Assembly (NCBI GenBank): GCA_030248215.1
Contig: JASANG010001128.1
Coordinates: forward strand, 62,001-126,000
Source of the DNA: Enoplolaimus lenunculus
Taxonomy: Eukaryota
Length of the DNA stretch: 64,000 bases
Reading direction: 5' to 3'
Positions within the stretch are counted from its first letter, which is position 1. Every line of letters begins with the position of its first letter. This document shows positions 22,841-35,116 of the stretch, piece after piece. Position numbers and translations under genes: made by a program. Below the pieces are notes generated by a model. It was not told the origin of the DNA. It saw nothing but the letters and a program-made list of their open reading frames with translations, and did no database searches.

Positions 22841-24102
22841 ATCTTTTCCGTTGTGATTTGCTCACATACCAAAAGAAAATAAAGTTTTGCCGTCTCTGGA
22901 AAAACATTTGTACGACAGCTTTTCGAAACCTAAAAATAGTTCAGTTTTAATTATTAACGAGTTTCATAAGAAAAAATAGATTATATACTCATATAAAGTT
23001 GAATTTAGAATATATATATCTTTTTTCATCCGCCAATGAGAAAACCTCTGCAATTAATTCAGTCAACTTACATGATTATTTACACATGTAAATTAAGTTC
23101 CTAGCTGTGATTTTTATGAATTATTTGCAGCTGCAAGTTTTTCGAACGGGATTTTGGAGAAAACTTGCAAGTGCAAGTTGCAGCTGCAAGTTCTCGCAGC
23201 AAAAACTTGCATGTGTGATTAGGGCTTTACACTAATTTTTGCTTGGACTTTAAGCTTAGGCTTAGGCGTACGAATATGCATGCACTAATGTTACGACCCT
23301 CATCGACTCATTGGTCCGGGAAGTCATGAGAAGCTGAAATATGCAAAAAATTTCCAAAGCCGCCAATTCTGGGCAAATGCCCGCTGACTGCAGATAAAGC
23401 AAACGCCCTATCATATGGAAATCAATACATGCAATGTTAATGTTTGCATGTCCTCGTGTACATTCACAATCTTTATTGTGTTACTGTAACGCTGAAAAAC
23501 CTGATAAAGATGACCAGTGTTATTTTAAGAGCGTATTGTATATATTTTAGCATCTTAGCCTTTAATCCTACCCACCTCTATTTTATAGCACCTAAACACA
23601 ACGGGATGTTCTTAAAAGTAGCATGGGCCAAAGAAATATTGCAACTGAACGCAACGGGCTATACACATAGAATCATGGAGATAGAATCATTGCTAAAGTT
23701 GTAAAAATGCATCGGAGTGAGATGTTAAGCTTTGTCATGTAAACACTTTGGATATATTAAGCCACGGAAGGAAGTATTGTTAGTTACGTTCTTATATTTC
23801 AATAGAATCTAGTATTAGATTTGAATTCATTATCCGGATCCAACTCCGGTCGGATATTACATTTTATCCGGGTCCGACTCCGTCAGTTTTTGGTATCCGA
23901 TTTGGAAGTATGGTCGTTTTCCTATAGGTTCCCATGCGGAAGCTATAAATAACGGCTTTTAGGGCGTGTTCAGCGCCTCTCAGCCAAATGATCTATTGTT
24001 CAACTTAGTTATATAAAGCGAGATGTTTCCCGCCAAAATTTAAATTATATACCAAGTACAATTCCGATTTCGAAACAACAAACAGATCTTTACACAACTT
24101 TG

Positions 24103-24305
24103 GGACAATGTAAAGAACAGGGGCGGAACAGTATTATACGCATATTCCTAAGCCTAAGCCTAAGCCTAAGGCTAAGCGTAAGAATGAGCAAATTCATAAG
24201 CCTAAGCCGAAGCCTAAGCCAATCAAAAAAAATTAGTCTAAAGCTTAAGCTTACTCTTTTGTAGTCCCACAGAAAAACGTTCCGCCCGTGATCCGTACAT
24301 GGGCT
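24103..24305 (-). mobile_element. Family A1 MITE
   Basis: TSD CAACTTTG/CAACTTCG. Confidence 0.86.
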
Positions 24306-25494
24306 CAACTTCGTTAGCGAAAGCTAGAAAAATGACGCAAAATCTGAACAAAATTATTAATTTATGAATACAAAAATTTTGCGACTTTACTGAACAACAT
24401 TTCGGTCCATTTTCAACTGTGGTAAGATTTTAAAATATTTGAAATTTTTTCAAAAATTAAATATGAAATGTATTGACTAAACACCCTACTTGCAATAATA
24501 AGCTGAAAATCTAAATCTTAACCTAACAGATTACGCCTGATCATTTCACACCCAAATTTGAATTTTTGAAATATTCGAATTATTAAGATCCAGAAGTGCC
24601 TTTGGAACCCAAATATACTATTAATCACAAGGTTTGGCTAAATATCTACTGTTTGACGTTTTAATGTTGTTCAAAGTAATTGATGTATCTTCCAGGTAAT
24701 TTTAATAGTAATTACTTAATTGACTATATTGAATTTTTGATTGCCACAAAGAATGGCAAACGTTTCTGTTCAGTTGCATTCCCACAAGTGTACAGCACCC
24801 ATCACTTCAACTCTTAAACACGTTTTGTGTGCCTAAACCAGTAATATGACTGGTCGAACGATGATTCTGAACAGCAGGTACCGCAGTTCGCTTGTTTGAC
24901 ACATGTAATGATCAGAGGTGGAACGTTTTACTACGGGACTGTAATAAAGTAAACTTAAAGCTTTAGACTATTTTTTGCTTAGGTTTAGGTTTAGGCTTAG
25001 GCTTAGCTCATGCCTACGCTAAGGCTTAGACTTAGGCTTAGGAATATGCTTATAGCACTGTTACGGCCCTGTTCGTTTACATTGGCCCGGATGCTAAAAA
25101 TACAGGAGGGTGATTTTTTATAATAATGCGGTTTACTTACATATTCGTGAAAAAATCCATTTTGACCACCTAAGAATTATGGTGGTACATTTTAAAATAA
25201 CTTAAAAAGGTAACATTGTTTGTTTGCGCTAATTTACGATTTCAGCGTTTTAAACTGGAAATTCCAGTGAGTTGATTTATTCAACTCACAGTGCCATATC
25301 ACGGAATCCACATATTTCCTTTATACTATCCGGATCTGATGATCCTCTACAATGTCAATTGATCCAAGGATAGTATGCGAAAACTGATACTGTGTAATTT
25401 ACTAAATATTGCAAAGTGACATAAGTATTTACTTAACTTAAGCACAATTTCAGAAACTATAAGTTGTTTAAGTTGTCAGTTAGCAAATACTTAA

Positions 25495-25724
25495 CCTCTT
25501 CTCACATTGAGTTGGTTGCTTATGTGTATATACGTTAAGTAATATATATCGCACCGTGTTTAACAATTGCAACCCACAAGACGTGAGAGCCCCCTCGGGC
25601 TCGAGCGTCAAGCTCCTATAGCTGAGTGGTGATGGTATACGCCTCCCACTCCAGTCACCGGAGTTCGAATCCTAGCATAAATGTAGGTCTCAGGGGAAAT
25701 AGAAAATATTCATGTGAGAAAGGG
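25495..25724 (+). mobile_element. Family E1: TTAA-flanked piggyBac-type MITE with tRNA-like A/B boxes
   Basis: TTAA on both sides; TIR CC(C/T)(T/C)TTCTCACAT; A box TAGCTGAGTGG at 25619-25629; B box GAGTTCGAATCC at 25661-25672. Confidence 0.85.
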
Positions 25725-26381
25725 TTAAGTATAAAGTTGTACTTAAACAGGGTTTCAGAATGCCAACCTTTCTGATCAAATCTCTGAATGTTTTAGTTCG
25801 CCTCAAATATATGGTTTTGTCCAGTTAGAAAACTGGTTAAACCTAAAATTGTTTATTTCAATCAGGCGTCGGGTTACTTGCCAAATTTTTAAACACGTGA
25901 ACGCGTGCTATCAACATATATGTCAATCAATTGAAAATCGATAACAATTGATTGGCGTGAGCCGATATTCCAGATTCAGATGGCTAAGATTAGGTTTTCC
26001 AAGACCAGTCCCGCAGCCACAAAAACGGGGGTCGAAGTAGCGCAGGTGGGTCGAAGTAGCGCAGGTCCCCTTCGAAAACCGTTCGCTCCGTGTAAAAAAA
26101 GTTGACCGTCGCTTGTGAATTACTTCAAATATGCTCCTAGGGTCGTAACCAGGGTTTCATTTCGTGAAGAGGATAAGCCACGTCTAAGTGGTTTTTGCCA
26201 GCGGCGCGTAGCAGGCGAGAAAATTTATGCGACATATGCAACTTATTGTACAGCCTGTAAGATGGTCTTTTTCGGACTGTTTCCAATAATTTAGGATCCA
26301 TATATCTCCTCAATGCCCTTTGTTTACGTCTCTGATCTTTTCTTAAACTTTACTAGTTAACAATGTTACGACACATGGAAC

Positions 26382-26564
26382 GGCAAATGTCACTTTAAGG
26401 GGCGTAAGAGTAGATTAAGCGTATTCCGAAGCATAAGCCTAAGCGTTGCAAAAATGTGTTCCTAAGCCTAAGCATAATCCTAAGCAAAAATGTAACCTAG
26501 AATCTACACCTACTTTTTTATGGACCCACCAGAAACCTGGACGCCCCTTAAAGTAACATGGGCC
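26382..26564 (-). mobile_element. Family A2 MITE
   Basis: TSD CATGGAAC/CATGCAAC. Confidence 0.86.
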
Positions 26565-26614
26565 CATGCAACGATACTTGTTATATTTTTGTCATCATTT
26601 CAATCGGCACTTAA

Positions 26615-26879
26615 CCCTTTCTCACATGAATATTTTTAATTTCATATGAGATGTAATTTCAAGGTAAAATTCGATCCCCCAGTCTCTCGGGTGTGCGGCG
26701 TTTGCGATGACCACTCAACTATAGGAGCTTGACGCTCGAGCCCGAGGGAGCTTTCACGTCTTGTAGAGATTTTGCACGGCACATATATGTTAGAATTATT
26801 AAACACTGCTCACAGTGACTGTGTTGCTCATTTATTATTTGTATTTAGCTGCTCATAGTATACTCTATGAGGTAAAGGG
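26615..26879 (-). mobile_element. Family E2 MITE
   Basis: TTAA at 26611-26614 and 26880-26883. Confidence 0.87.
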
Positions 26880-27124
26880 TTAATTTGCATATACTTTTCC
26901 TTGCATCAAAATTTGAAAGGCTGCCCAGAATACGTATGTTGGACGTTCCAGCTTTAACTAACTAGATTTGTTTTTAAATGTAACTCTCTTTAATTCTAGC
27001 TTCGTTCACGTATATATGCTCATTAATACAACAGTAATAATAGATTTTATGAATGAAACGTAATTAATACCTCTTGCAGTATGTCTGGAAGTATTCTGAT
27101 TCACAATTCATTCATGGCTAAAGC

Positions 27125-27316
27125 GGCCCATGTTACTTTAAGGGGAGTCCAGGTTTCTGGTGGGTCCACAAAAGACTAGGTTTAGATTCTAGATTACATT
27201 TTTTGCTTAGGCTTAGGCTTAGGCTTACGCTTAGGAACACATGTTTGCATTCGCTTAGGCTTAGGTTTTAACAATACGTTTAATCTACTATTACGCCCCT
27301 TCAAGTAACATTGGCC
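27125..27316 (+). mobile_element. Family A2 MITE
   Basis: Intact TIRs; degenerate TSD GCTAAAGC/GCTAACGC. Confidence 0.84.
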
Positions 27317-27587
27317 GCTAACGCGATATCACTATTCAAAGTGTGATTATAGATCTATTGATGAGCGTCATATTTCAACTCATTTTACTATCAGTTTGTA
27401 ATTCCGGACTGGATTTCATGTCGACGCACAGCCGTAGGGGGTGCGATGAAATTTGACTCGTTTTTATGTTGAGGGGACGCTGGCTGTCGTACATCTCCCC
27501 CCACACTCTTGGGCTTAGGTTTAGGAAAACGTTTTATCGAAACCTAAATCCGAAGCTCATTCTTACAGTTAGGCTTAGACTTTGGCT

Positions 27588-27870
27588 TAGGTATAAGCTT
27601 ATTCTTACGCTTAGGCTACGACTTTGGTTTAGGTATAAGCTTATTCTTACGCTTAGGCTACGACTTTGGTTTAGGTATAAGCTTATTCTTACGCTTAGGC
27701 TACGATTTTGGTTTAGGTATAAGCTTATTCTTACGCTTAGGCTACGACATTGGTTTAGGTATAAGCTTATTCTTACGCTTAGGCTACGACTTTGGTTTAG
27801 GTATAAGCTTATTCTTACGCTTAGGCTACGACTTTGGTTTAGGTATAAGCTTATTCTTACGCTTAGGCTC
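27588..27870. repeat. 42-bp minisatellite, about 7 copies, resembling the family A interior
   Basis: Unit TTAGGTATAAGCTTATTCTTACGCTTAGGCTACGACTTTGGT. Confidence 0.92.
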
Positions 27871-28906
27871 AGGCTTAATAGGCTTATGTATAAGCTCTTT
27901 CTTATGCTTAGAATATATTTATACTACGGTTATGGACCAGTTGTATCGATTGGTTAATTAATCTGTCTCAACTCCTGATGATTCAATTACTCAAGGGGTT
28001 GAGATAGTTCAATGACCAATAGAGATATATTGCGGGAATGAAACGTATATGACCATGAATCTATTTTTCGCCAACTTGACCAGTAAAAGTTTCGTACCAA
28101 AGATACAAAACAAGGTGGGTTAACGGCATGTCAACCCCTGTTTTGAAGTCGTCGAGTTAAAGACGATGATTAGATGCGTAGCTACTTAGAGTATGGTACG
28201 CACCTGCTGCGAGGTATCAGACTCTCAATTTGTTACTGTTACCGCTTCGCAAATATCCTGAAGGTAAGTAGAAATGTTGGTTTATAGGATAAGTCTAAGT
28301 TGAAATGATAGAACAGGTATGACATGAAGGGCCAATGTAAAGAACAGATGTCGGAACAGTATAATAAGCTTATTTCTAAGCTTTAGCCTAAGTCTAAACC
28401 TAAGCGTAAGAATGTGTTTATTTCTAAGCCTAAGCCTATAAAGCCTAAGACTAAGCCAACCAAAAAATTAGTCTAAAGGCATTAAGCTTAATCTTTTGTT
28501 GTCCCACAGAAAAACGTTCCACCCCTGATCTTTACATGTGAGCCGTCACAAGTCATAATTAAAATCTTAGACACGCTAAAGCTTTTTGATTTTAGATTAG
28601 GTACACTTTTTTCTTAACCTAATGCCTAAGCCTAAACCTAAACCTATATGGGCAGTGTCCAAGAGAAGTAGTTTTGTCAATCCGTCCGTCAACACTTAAC
28701 ACGATGACCTGACCCTCAAATGCCGTCACAGCATTGCTAACACTAGAATGTACGTTAAACAGCGTAAAATGTTGTTTGTTCAATTTTGCGTATTGTGTTT
28801 GCACATTGCATTATTTATGTTAAACCGTTGCGGTCAACTGCATTTATAACGCCAAACGCAAGCTCAAATAGCGTGTAATATCTAGAACGTATGCAAGAAT
28901 TTATTT

Positions 28907-28994
28907 TGATTTCAATTTAACTCGATGCCATTGGCTGATTTCAATTTAACTCGATGCCATTGGCTGATTTCAATTTAACTCGATGCCATCGGCT
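28907..28994. repeat. 29-bp tandem repeat x3
   Basis: Unit TGATTTCAATTTAACTCGATGCCATTGGC. Confidence 0.92.
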
Positions 28995-29022
28995 TATTTT
29001 TGCAATTTTGTAGCAAAATACT

Positions 29023-29718
29023 TTGGCATTCGCGTATGGGTCCATCGTGTCAGATTGCTATATTCGAGATATAAATACAATTGAACGGGTTCAAAGATAT
29101 TTCACCCGCCGTCTGTTTAGCAGACTTAACTGGCAATCCGTCCCCTATAAAGAACGACTTTCCATACTAAATCTTGAACCTCTTGAATTACGCCGATTAC
29201 ATTCCGATCTTACTATGGTATATAAGATAGTAAATGAGGAGGTTGATGCGTGTTCTAAGTTATTAAAGTTATCTAACGTCTCACGAACCAGGGGCCATCC
29301 CATGAAACTCGAAAAAAGTAAGTTTCGAACAAATTTTTTAAATCATTCATTTGGTGTCAGAGTAGTTAACGTCTGGAACTCACTTCCAGAGTATGTCTCA
29401 AACAAACCCCTCGTGGAGGCACGGAGCGTAAGATCATTTAAAACTTTGTTGAAACAGGTAGACCTAAAAGCATACCTTCATCACGATTAAAACTGGTGAT
29501 TTGTCATTTTTGGATCAACCCCTTACTCCAGCACACCATCGCAGAATTTTTGCCAAGTTAGATATAAGTAGGGCATGCCCTCTTTCTAACTTTTCCTTTA
29601 TTTGGGCGTATTGCACACATTCAATGATTTTGTCAACTTGGCTGTGTTTGTACTATTTATACTAAATGCATATTGTGTCGTGCTTTCGGTCCAAATAAAC
29701 TTCTTATATATTCTTATA
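29023..29718 (+). mobile_element. 5'-truncated CR1-clade LINE (ORF2 C-terminus plus 3' UTR)
   Basis: IERVQRYFTRR, YKERLSILNLEPLELRRLHSDL, TRGHPMKL and RVVNVWNSLP are typical CR1 ORF2 C-terminal motifs; stop at 29490; AATAAA and a short CTTATA tail near 29695-29718. Confidence 0.85.
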
Positions 29719-30468
29719 AGTTGAAGCCTCCTAGAAAAATATCGCTCCTGTTTTTTAATTTTAAGATACGTTACAGACGCTTATGACGGGTGGACTTGGA
29801 TATCCTGGCCGCGAACCTGCGGCATTTCGTAATCCGACGTCTTGTAGCTTAACAGCGTCGTAAAACATGTTAATAAATTTAAGCATAATCCCAAGCGTAG
29901 TTCTAAGCCTAAGCATGATGATGCGAGACAAACTGTCGAGTCGATGAAATTTTGGAGCACATGTTGTGGGGTCACGAGTCGTCGGGCAACAAATTATGAT
30001 AGCCGCGGTCGTAGCCCTGGTTACGAACCTGCCTATGAATAGATCAGACCCAAACAAACTTGTAGCCAATGAGTAATGACTTAGGAGTTAGGACCAATGT
30101 GTGGCACAGGGCCGTAAATGTATTATGAGCATATTACTAATCCTAAACCTAAGCGTACGAATGATATATTCCTAAGCCTCCGCTCCCTAATCTTTACAGA
30201 GGCTAGAGTTAGATTTAACCGTAATGTTCTTGAGTTATTGGTTTGAATAGCAAATTGGCCTGCGACACAATACCGGGTACGTTCACGGCATAAGAGCTTG
30301 GCGTGGACCCTATGATATTTCTCGACATCGCTTTAGTGTAAATTTTCTGCTGAAGCTCTTTTATGTTAGTGAAATTTCGCTATATGCCATTGCATTTTTA
30401 ATAACAAAAACTTTTGTCAACTGTACATCTGTTGTTTCAGTTTCCAGTTGTGGCTCATGTTACTTTAA

Positions 30469-32640
30469 CCCTCAACGGCCCGGCAAAATTTTCACCTTAA
30501 TCAGCCCAACGGTCTACATATGTAGACAACATAACTAGCGTTAGTTTTGGCTTATCTCAGGGTGCTCTCCTCCTTTAACTGGCTTGAGACAGTCAGAACT
30601 AGTGTTCTGGCGGAGTTCCACCCGCTCCCCGTCCAGCCTCCCACTGCGGGCGCGTTGTCCAGTTAAGCACAGTCGTTGCACGTTATGGTGCGATTCATGT
30701 GGTCCTTGCACACTCGTTTTCCACATGACGAACAGCTCAATCTCGTAGATTTGCGACAACTTGTGACCTGACATTTGGTCGGTTTACCAGATGTAGAAGG
30801 TTCGTTTCGCTTTTGAGGCAGCCCGTAAGCCATAAATGAATCCTTTGATTTTGCGTAAATTTTTTCACTACTGTAACGTTTGGTCATATTGTCTTGCGCT
30901 AGTTGTTCGGCTACTTTTTTCATGAAAACATTGCGTGACTTTTGATATCCGTTCAGTTTCATGACAATGAATGCGTTGTGCAACGCAATATCAATCATAT
31001 TGAAAAAGCAGACTAGAGGATAACGATTCGTTTTGCGTTTGCAGGTAAAATCATCAATGCAAGAGTCCATTACATCAACCCCGCCTTTTCCCAAATTATA
31101 ATCCAAGATAACTGCTGGTTTTTTGTCCTCTCTGCTGGTGCAAACTTCGTTTTTCACATGAACTGAACTTAGTAATAGCACATTTTTATTTTTCTTTGGA
31201 CAATAAGACGCCAACATTATGCGGTTATTGTGGTCCCATAAAAATCGGGTGCTATAGACCTCTTGTTCTTTTGTTGACTTTAGCATCGGAGGTACGCTGC
31301 GGCGATTTGCCATTATTGTGCCTGTGCACGTTAGCCCACTTTGTAATAGGTCCACAGCCAATTCATGGGATGTGAAATAGCGGTCCATGAAAATGTTTCG
31401 CTGAGTGTTACAGTATGGTTGAATAAGATCCATTACGATGCGTTTAGCAAGCCCTACGGCCCGTTCGCCTTCACGCCCTGTATAAATATTTCCTTTTAGG
31501 GCATATCCATTCCGAGCATCGCAAAGCCAGAATATTTTTACGCCGTACTTAGCAGGTTTCGCCGGCATGTACGCTCGCCCCGGTGCATATCCTCTATACC
31601 CGACGGTATATAATGAAGACGTAAGTTGGACTGAAATAGGTCCCAAACATCTCGTATAGCAGCCATTTTGTCACTTTTTTGACGCTCCCGGCGAGTCAGT
31701 TTGTTGTCGAATGTTACATTTTCCAGCAACTGTTTCATTCTGTTTTCTGACAGCGCGCAGCGGTAAAAGGGCCTGCTGTCGTTTTTGGTGAATAGTGAAG
31801 CCACTGGAGACATGTTATCGCGATCTGCACCAGCTCTGATTACCACCCCAAGCCAAGCTTTCAGCTCGCACATTGGTAGCGTTGAAAAATTGCGCGCCCG
31901 CAGTCGCCTACTAGTGAGTCGCTGAATTGTATGTAAAATGGGCTCGTTTATATAAAGATAAAATGCTTGTGACTCTGTTGTAGGGTTTACTGCAGTGCCT
32001 TCGCGAAAGCGAATTATATTTCTAGCTAACACACGGACAGGCGGTGTTGTAGAATGCCACTCAACACCCGTCGCTGACAAAAACACATTACTTCCACTAG
32101 AAGTCTCGTCCATATCGCTCAACTCACTACTAGATGCGTCCGATTGTTTTTGTAATTCACCATCACTATCTTGCTCATAAATAGCAGCCTCTTCACTACT
32201 GCATTGACCTAACTCAACTGATTCTGAGTCGTCATTTGAACTATTGTCGTCCGGTTTGTCATCTTCTGTCTCTGAATCACTTGGTTCTAATACACGTCGT
32301 ACGACCTCAGTCAAAGATAACTTATGCAAACCTGACATTTCCCTGACTTTACCTCACCATACAAAACCGTGTGTAAGAACAAAACGTTCCAATTCTTGTC
32401 AAAACTCAAACTATGATCAAATCAACATCTGTCTACATATGTAGACGGTCGGGTTATATAGGTATATGACTCACTGTACAGCAAACTTTTGTTCCCACAA
32501 TGCTATAAGTTTTTTATACTACTATAACAGAATAATTATCGATGGAAATTAAACAATAGATTCTTAACTATAGCACCTGCCGAACAATCAATTGTCGAAC
32601 TGGTTATGTCTACATATGTAGACTGTCGGGCCATTGAGGG
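30469..32640 (-). mobile_element. Full-length piggyBac DNA transposon (2172 bp)
   Basis: TTAA at 30465-30468 and 32641-32644; 14-bp TIR CCCTCAAYGGCCCG; palindrome GTCTACATATGTAGAC at 30512-30527, 32431-32446 and 32608-32623; transposase inside. Confidence 0.97.
30663..32338 (-). pseudogene. piggyBac transposase, frameshifted near 31600
   Basis: Two overlapping ORFs: acidic N-terminus to DKMAAIRDVWD...YIPS, then VGYRG...KPAKYGVKI, FMDRYFTS, KGGVDVMD and a C-terminal Cys-rich domain. The DEQL segment is absent at the frame switch. Confidence 0.93.
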
Positions 32641-35116
32641 TTAAGGGGCGTCCAAGGTTGTGGTGGGTCTATAAAAGAGTAGGTTTAGAATCTAAGTTAC
32701 ATTTTTGCTTAGACTTAGGCTTAGGAACTCTTTTTTGCAACGCTTAGGTTTAGACTAAAGAATACGCTTAATCTATTGTTACGCCCAGTAAACTAACATT
32801 GGCCTCACTGGCACAGGAATACGCATAATCTACTGTTACGCCCCTTAAAGTAACATTGGCCCCACTTGTTATATTCACAACGCTGATACGGTGGCGTATA
32901 GATCAACGGTGTACACAAAGAAGATATGGAGACATACCTCCGTGCCGAAATTTTTGAGAACACTCGAAAACGGCACTCTTAGAGGGCGTAAGGGTGTAAA
33001 TATATGCAGAAATCTATTAGGATGTCTGCAGTGGCACGCTGCGGCGTCCCTCGGCTCGCGGCGAGGTATAGCATAACCCTAACCAATTTAGGCACTATCG
33101 TTCCCACCAAAAAGAATTCCGATTGCGGACTGTCTGGATCCACCGTTAATGGTAACCCCTTGTCATGTTTCACTTTCAGGGGCGGTTTCATTTCAGAAGC
33201 GGATATTCTAATAAAAAAATTTTTCTACCGCTAGGATGTTGAGGTTATTCTAAATTGTGTTAAATGTGCGTTTTCTTGTCTTCATAGAAATTTCAGGGGC
33301 GAAATATTACCCCTCGGTCCTAACCTTTGTCTACACCCCCTCCCCAGCATCCATGTTCGTGACTCAAGAAGTTCTTTCATATACCGCAACAAACTGCCAG
33401 TCTTAAATGAGCAATATAAACGTGCGTTGGCAGTTCAAAGTGCAATTAGTATGCAAATTGTATATTGCAACGGATTATACATTGTGTGCAATTATTGCAG
33501 GTATCTGTTATGTATTGCGTTAAGTTTGCGGATTTTTACTCTCTGTGGAAGGCGTCCAGACGGCCTGGGGCCGACGATTTGTCAACGAATATCCGCCGGA
33601 TCATCAAACCAGGGCCGACGCAGTCCCGTAGCCAGCTCATTTTGCTAGGAGGGTGGCTGAAAATTTTCCAGGAGAGGCATTCAAGGGTTTTCAATGAGTT
33701 ACAAACACGGTTCAAAAATTCTTTTGGGGTGCCAAAAATGTTCTAGGGAAAAGTCGACTAGGAATCAGGCCCGTAGCCAGCTCAACTTGCTAACGAAGGG
33801 CTAAAAAGTTTTCAGCAACGGCATACAAGGGCTTTCGATGACTTACAAGCACGGTTAAAAATTATCTATGGGGTGTAAATTTTTTCCAGAAGGTTTTAGC
33901 CCCACTAATCCGCCTCTGGCAACGGGTTCGTTTAGAAGTGGAAGGAAAAATAAGTTAAATTAGACAAACTAATGTATAATTTTGTCATTAAATAGTCAGA
34001 AAAACGTTGTCATATATTTCTATACCGACGGAAGTGATTTTCAGCCGGAACCGACAGTAGGCCTCAAGGCCGTTCCTTGCAAACTCAAGAGTCCTACCGA
34101 GAACTGAAAGCTTCGGGTTCTTTTGAAGCCAGACCTCCAGCGATTTGCTTGGGGGAGGCGGTGACCGTGGATTTCGCAGATCAGTGGCACCTTCCGCTGC
34201 CTGATAGAATTTCTAATCAATAGTTTTGCAGTCAGTTTTTGTTTTTGAAAGCGTAAAAGTTTGATTTTGAATAATGTCTTTGACAGATTGAAGGTTCTGA
34301 TTACATAGATCAATTTGTTTAAATGTCATTGCGAGTATAGGATCATACCACCGGACCGTAAACGGATGTGTGGAAGGCACAGTGAAACTTTAGAGGGGAA
34401 CCAGACAGGGTCTATCTTAACCGCGGGGTGAATTGAAATTTATCACATGAACGCATTGCTTTTATGGATCATTACCCATTTACTTATGACATTTCACAAA
34501 CATATTTCTCCCATCTGTGTTCCGGGTCCGCTATAATTGTCATGGGCTTTAAGGATCGTTAAAATTTATGCGTCCCTTAAGCCATGAAGGTCGTCAAAGC
34601 ATGGGATGTGAGTCCAGTGGAACAAATTTATAATAGAAACTGTCAGAAATAATGCACATTATATTATTACAATATTCACCTTCATTCGGGCTGTAGCCAG
34701 ACGTCGGCGGAAGGGTATGGGGGTTCGATCCCTGCATGGGAAAACTTTGGCCAGCTGTTGAAAAGGTTTACACTTGCGTGTAAACCGTCAAATACGGGCG
34801 CTACTTAATAATTTTTGCGTTTTGTAACATTTGCCAGCCCGCTCCCCGTCAGAAATTTTTGGATCCGCCTCTGGCTAGGATTTACTGTCGATATATCAAA
34901 TTGTTCAATGAATCTATTAGTGTAATATTGCATCCCCTGCAGATACCTAGCAAGGTCCAGATTTTAAGCCTTAGTTGAATATTGACTTAGGAATCGGTCG
35001 ATGACAAGTGACCCATATCACGCTCCGTTTCCTCCCTTGGACCTAAGTTGTTCACAATTCATTTTACTTAAATATGTGATCGGTGTTTCTGCAGGCCTGT
35101 AACTACGGGGCCAGAA

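Larger units (their letters stand above)
30452..32861 (+). mobile_element. Family A2 MITE hosting the piggyBac, with a duplicated right end
   Basis: GGCTCATGTTACT-TTAA[piggyBac]TTAA-GGGGCGTCC; TSD CCAGTTGT/CCACTTGT; right TIR ends at both 32804 and 32861. Confidence 0.88.

Noticed and set aside
25612..25690. A real tRNA gene
   Set aside because: A and B boxes are present but no acceptor-stem complement or clean anticodon arm is visible, and copies diverge inside a MITE
5587..27957. ORFs reading PKPKPK, LRLRLR, LGLGLG or SLSLSL
   Set aside because: They are translations of TTAGGC/GCCTAA arrays, mostly within MITEs
31538..31646. Programmed ribosomal frameshift or intron joining the two piggyBac ORFs
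   Set aside because: There is no slippery site or intron, and the conserved DEQL segment is absent in all frames, so a deletion explains it better
25495..32640. Family E MITEs as derivatives of the piggyBac in this window
   Set aside because: The TIRs differ after CCCT and family E lacks the GTCTACATATGTAGAC palindrome
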